DNA of 63,981 bases, filler included, from Stramenopiles sp. TOSAG23-6 (Eukaryota), in assembly GCA_900128565.1 (NCBI GenBank). It is 4 parts of 4 records of this genome, joined end to end, with 100 filler letters (N's around TTAATTAATTAA, not from the genome) between each part and the next. Parts side by side here need not be neighbours in the genome. Positions count along the whole stretch, not along the records: positions 49,637 to 63,981 come from LT636142.1; 3 more parts are not named here. The stretch is one strand, 5' to 3'. The notes under the pieces were generated by a model. It worked only from the letters and a program-made list of their open reading frames with translations, did no database searches and was not told where the DNA came from. The position numbers and the translations under genes were made by a program. Shown here one piece after another: positions 59,166 to 63,981 of this stretch (positions are counted from its first letter, which is position 1; each line of letters begins with the position of its first letter).

Positions 59166-60917
59166 ATGCGAGAATACGATGCCATGGACTATTACATGGG
59201 ACGTACTAACTTCGAAAAAGAACAAGAACTGCATAAAAGTCCGGAAAGTTTCCATTTTTTCGCTGCCATCACTCGTTGCATGGCAGCCTGTCGTTATCAA
59301 GAAGACGAATATTTCAGTAGAGCGAAAGAAGTTTACGAATTCATCAAAAATCAAAGAACGAAAAAACAATATCACGAGATTAACAAAAGAGAAACTTCAG
59401 AAATGAACGTCTTCACTCTCAAATCGTTACTCAAAAAGCACAGACTTCCAAGAGACGGTAAAAAAAAAGATTTTGTTCAACGTCTGGTTGACCATAATTC
59501 TGCCGAATTAGGAATACTTAGTGAAGATGACACACGCGCAGAATTACAGCGACTTCTTGATGCGCTCAAACCCCACGAGGAATATTTCGAAGAGATGTTT
59601 CGCAAATTTAATGCTGGAATCATGCCATGGGCAGCCTATGATTGTCTCGACGATCAGTTTTTTACCTCTATACACACAGAGTGTGTGGCTTTGTGTATTC
59701 TCAATGGCAAACATTTTTTTGATCGCGCTGAAGACGAATATGCTTGGTCTGTCTACCCGAAAATATTCAAAATCTTAGCATCGCGTCGACATACCGGAGG
59801 CTATAAGAATCATCCTGATCGAGCCTTCAAACGCCTTCTAGCGACTACAATTTCGCTCGATGCTATCGACTTTTGGCGTAATGGAAAAAACGGAGATGCT
59901 GAAGACCTGACGATGAAAGTCACAAAGGCATTGTCAAGTTGCTGGCAGTACTGCCTGAAATATTCAGACGAAGAACTAAAACTCGCCAGTGAGGATGCGG
60001 CTGCCAAAGTACCAAAAGATGACTCTAGTGAGGATGCTGTTGTCAAAGATCCAAAAGATGACTCTATTGAGAATGCAGCTATCAAAGTTCCAAAAGATAA
60101 CTCTAGTGAGGATGCGGATGTCTTTGTAAACATCCCACTAACTCGAGCATTATTGATGAAGCACCTCAAAGAGATGGCAGGTAGGTGGAACAAGAAGATC
60201 GAGGATCTAATTGCTTTGAATACAGACGAAGACTTAGACAACAACTGGACATCAAAAGACGTGGAAAAATTTGCTTTGAAATTTGAGAAAGTTAAAACGG
60301 CGAAAAAGAAGGGAAAAGAGAACAAGCGATCCAACTCAGGTGGAGTAGAGAATATCAAGAAAAAGAAAAAGAGCAATAATAATGCACTCATCGATGAAAT
60401 TAATGCTGTACCTCTTCCGATTGACTGTCCAGTCTTTGATAACTGTGATATTATCAGAAAGAAAATCAATGATTTTTTCACGATTGATGGAGTAACAAAA
60501 GCGGCGTTTTTGCGAGCGACTGAGTGTAGTAGTTCCACTCTAAAACGGTTCCTTGCACAGGATGGTAAGGGCCGAGGAGGAAACAAGAAGATTTATGCAC
60601 GTGCCTATCGGTTCTTTGAGCAAAAACGCATCCTCGATGGCGATGAAAAGAGTCGTGCACGTATTGAAGCCGAACGAGTTTTTTCAAAAGATGGTGGATA
60701 TCCTTTAATTGACAATGAAGTCAAACTTCTTACTGTACGTGGTTTAGACACATATATTCCGAATTGCCAATTTGACATTGACTGGCGTCAATCACGTGAG
60801 TTAAAGACAAAAGAGGACGGTTTTTATGATAAACATGCCTTTCATCCATACACGCCTTATGTAGATGGCTATACTACATATGTAAATTCAGTGGGAGATG
60901 TAAAGCGCACTTGGTAA
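59166..60917 (+). CDS. SAP-domain protein with a C-terminal DUF7726-like domain
   Basis: SAP: MNVFTLKSLLKKHRLPRDGKKKDFVQRL; C-terminal VFDNCDIIRKKINDF..GVTKAAFLR..AYRFFEQKRI; internal 13-aa repeats. Confidence 0.7.
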   Translation: MREYDAMDYYMGRTNFEKEQELHKSPESFHFFAAITRCMAACRYQEDEYFSRAKEVYEFIKNQRTKKQYHEINKRETSEMNVFTLKSLLKKHRLPRDGKKKDFVQRLVDHNSAELGILSEDDTRAELQRLLDALKPHEEYFEEMFRKFNAGIMPWAAYDCLDDQFFTSIHTECVALCILNGKHFFDRAEDEYAWSVYPKIFKILASRRHTGGYKNHPDRAFKRLLATTISLDAIDFWRNGKNGDAEDLTMKVTKALSSCWQYCLKYSDEELKLASEDAAAKVPKDDSSEDAVVKDPKDDSIENAAIKVPKDNSSEDADVFVNIPLTRALLMKHLKEMAGRWNKKIEDLIALNTDEDLDNNWTSKDVEKFALKFEKVKTAKKKGKENKRSNSGGVENIKKKKKSNNNALIDEINAVPLPIDCPVFDNCDIIRKKINDFFTIDGVTKAAFLRATECSSSTLKRFLAQDGKGRGGNKKIYARAYRFFEQKRILDGDEKSRARIEAERVFSKDGGYPLIDNEVKLLTVRGLDTYIPNCQFDIDWRQSRELKTKEDGFYDKHAFHPYTPYVDGYTTYVNSVGDVKRTW

Positions 60918-61187
60918 AGATGAGTAAAAGTAGGTCGATTAAATTAAATATAACAATAAATTTATAAATACAATAAACGAAATCCTGTTTCCTTTCCTGC
61001 AATAGCTAACAGCTCCTACGGTATATACTATAGTATTCGTATTGTACCATAAGGTAACAAAAAGATCCTATCAGACCGTGGCCAACGCCAAGTAAGTCCC
61101 GACGACTCCGATATTTGTGGCCTGATCGATTACATTAGCATACTTCTTTCAAAGAATAATTAAATTCGCAAACACACTATCACTAGT

Positions 61188-62465
61188 ATGACTTTGATAA
61201 CACCAGAAGCTGTTGAAGAAGCCGAAGACTTAATCGACGATGGAATGTTTCAAGAAGCAGCATTGCTTGTTGAGACAGCTATTGCATCTTTAGGAGATCT
61301 TGAGATGCTTTCACGTGCTGCATGTGCGCGTGGTCAGGCATTTCTTGGACCTCTTGTGCGCAAGATCATCGACCCTACACAGGAAAATCCACACCAGGAT
61401 ATGTTCAAAGAACCATGGAAAATGTTTCATCTAGCTCTCAAACTTGATCCGGATAATGAACTTGCCGCTTCGAACATCAGGAATATGTCTGGTGTGATGG
61501 GAGAAGGTCCAGACGCAGAAATTGAGCCGAACCATTCTGAGACATTCGACGTAATCATTGTTGGTGCTGGTGCATCAGGCGTTGGTGTAGCGCTGTCTTT
61601 GACAAAAATATTTGGTCTAGACCCTACACGGGTTTTGCTTGTCGAACGAGGCAAAGCAGTTGGTGAAACATTTCGTCGTTGGCCTAAAGAAATGCGTTTT
61701 ATTTCACCCTCTTTCAATCAACAAGGTTGGACCTCATCCTTTGACCTAAATTCTGTGGCTTACGGGACATCGCCTGCCTACACACTTGGCGCTGAGCACC
61801 CGACTGGTATCCAGTATGCACGTTACCTATCAGCTCTTGCGGATGAAGCTAATTTAAATATGAGAACTCTGACTGAGGTCACTGCAGTCAGACCATTTGC
61901 TGATGGTGTATGTTTTATATGAATTTCTAATTTAATTTTTTTTTTTGATTTTTTTTCATACGAAATTTCGTACCTAACAAATTTTTTTTTTATAGAAAAT
62001 TTTTGAAATATTTTTTCACAATATGGAATGGTTTTGAGGTTGATGTTACCGCAGCAAAAGGAGCTTTGGGATTACCCGAAACACTTCGTAGTCGATATGT
62101 AATATGGGCGGCAGGTGAATTTCAATATCCTACGTCTAGTATTCCATGTTTGTTCCAATGATACATTTCAAATATTTTTTTTTTTTTGGTTTTTTTTCAT
62201 ACGAAATTCTGTACCTAACAAAATTTTTTTAAATTTTTTTTTTACCGAAAAAAAAAAAAAAATATTTTTTCACAATACATTATTTCCTGGATCTGACTTA
62301 TGTCTTCACAACTCTTCAGTACGTAGTTGGACACAACTCCCTGGAAATGACTTTGTAATTATTGGCGGTTTTGAGAGTGGAATGGACGCTGCATCTAATC
62401 TTGCACTGAATGGAAAGCGGTGCACTGTTGTGTCTTCAACGCCTCATTGGAATGTTCAGGACGAT
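61188..62465 (+). CDS. FAD/NAD(P)-dependent oxidoreductase (Pyr_redox_3-like) with a TPR-like N terminus; 3' part missing
   Basis: DVIIVGAGASG, FISPSF, EHPTG..YA.YL. Introns 61908-62026 and 62148-62280 give VIWAAGEFQYP and PLFPGSDLCLHNS; IIGGFESGMDAA. Confidence 0.85.
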
Positions 62466-62662
62466 GAACGTTTTCATTTCGATTTTTTTTTTTTGAAATT
62501 TTTTTTTTTTTGAAATTTTTTTTTTCGTACGAAATTTTTTACCTAAAAATTTTTTTTTGATTTTTTTTTTTTTTTCAATTTTTTTCCAAAATTTTTTTTC
62601 GTACGAAATTTTTTACCTAACAATTTTTTTTTTTTTTTTTTGAAATATTTTTCCAAAATACA

Positions 62663-63865
62663 TATGGGCTGTCTCCGACACAAGTCATTCAAGAATTCGG
62701 TCTAGTTGAACACAACTCAAATTCAACTGTTGCGAAACCCAACATAACTACGGCTATCGATTTGTCTTTTAAAAATGATACAAATGATGATAGTATTCAA
62801 AATAATGGCGATGCAGAAACAATTCCTCAAGATGATGATTTTGAATCAGAAGGACAATTGTACTCTGTTGTTGAAAATGCTGAAAAAAATAATCCAAAAT
62901 TATCTAAAAAGAAAGAATTTTGTGGTAGGAAATTGCCTATACATCGAGCAAATAAAGAAAAACTACTCATGGAAAAAGAACGAAAGTTACGTGAAGAATG
63001 TGTGTTTTCATCATTTATTTTTTTTCATCATTTTTTTTTTTGAGAATTTTTTTTTTTGAGAATTTTTTTTTTTTTGAAAATTTTTTTTGAAAATTTTTCA
63101 TGTGTTTTTGTGGTACATTTGGTACTTGACTAAAAAAAAATTATATATATATATATTTTTTTTTTGTACGTCGCTAGACACAAAATTTACGTTAAATGTT
63201 TTTTTTTTTAAAGAATGCTTCTCACTTATGAAAAAAACAAACTGTTATTGAATAGTCTCACAAAACTAACCCTAACCCTAACCAGACTATTTTCACAAAA
63301 ATCAGGTACATTCCGCCCAAAAATTAATAAAACATATCAATCAAAAAGAGCAAAAATGGAAAAATCCTTAACTCAATCTGAAAAATTTTCACAAATGTCA
63401 GCGTTACATACAAAAACAATGCATGTTTTATTATTATTTTTTTTTCCGGTAAAAAAAAAATCAATTTTTTTTTTTGATAAAAATTTTGTACCTAACAAAT
63501 TTTTTTTTTTTTTTTTTTCAAATATTTTTCCAAAATACAGGCAAAGACGGCTTCAATTAAAGGAAGCTCATCAGAAGAAGATAGAAGAAGAATGTTCTTT
63601 TCATCCTCAAATTAATACATATAAAAAATCCAAGAGATATAAACAAAGCACAAAAAATACTATAACTATTGAAAATATTGAAAATAAGGAAAACCAAAAA
63701 AAAAAAAATCCAAAAAATCCAAAATTTCAAAAAAGTACAACAAAAACACGAAAAATAGTCAATAGATTGTACGCTGAAGCGGACAGTCGTGCAGTCAAAC
63801 GACGTAAAGCAAAACAACAACTAGAAGATCAACAGTTACATTCATTTCCATATAAGCCAAATATT
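62663..63865 (+). CDS. Internal exons of a basic coiled-coil protein with ECxFxPxIN repeats
   Basis: EECTFRPKIN (across intron 63000-63305), EECSFHPQIN, FPYKPNI, RLY motif; GC-AG intron 63421-63540. Confidence 0.6.
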
Positions 63866-63981
63866 GTACGTTTTTTAATACATTTTTTTTTTTTGAAAAT
63901 TTGATTTTTTTTTTCGTAGTAAATTTCGTACCTAACAAAAAAAAAAAAAAAAAAAAAAATTTAAATATTTTTTCACAATTT

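Overview
AT-rich, gene-dense genomic DNA from a unicellular eukaryote using the standard genetic code. The lineage cannot be assigned from this window; gene content is compatible with a stramenopile-like protist. The window is four unrelated contigs (1-16589, 16690-33151, 33252-49536, 49637-end) joined by artificial N44-TTAATTAATTAA-N44 spacers. Contig 1 has a 3.4-kb inverted duplication that looks like an amplification or assembly chimera. About 30 genes can be read, including NOP53, an arsenite methyltransferase, RPP21, POLA2, a GCFC2/PAXBP1-like gene, PhzF, GTDC1, an Ldh_2 dehydrogenase, a CPA2 antiporter, Vps10/sortilin, SDHB, RPS26 and a DUF285 surface protein. The main discovery is an intron system in which most introns do not end in AG. 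By hand reconstruction about 38 frame-restoring introns end in AT (31), TT (3), GT (2), AA (1) or GG (1), versus about 7 ending in AG. Most are about 90-200 nt and share one architecture: GTAYGTTTT ... TTTCGTACGAAATTTYGTACCTAAC ... GAAATATTTTTCMAAATAC-NN. They have short terminal inverted repeats, a palindromic core next to a CTAAC branch-like motif, and a terminal NN that usually copies the last two exon bases (target-site-duplication-like). They interrupt conserved motifs of SDHB, POLA2, PhzF and GTDC1 and always lie on the sense strand. This points to an introner-like family removed by a spliceosome with a relaxed or shifted 3' splice-site rule (inference; needs RNA data). Second highlight: the arsenite methyltransferase has an in-frame TGA at a conserved Cys position plus a SECIS-like 3' UTR hairpin, so it is probably a selenoprotein.
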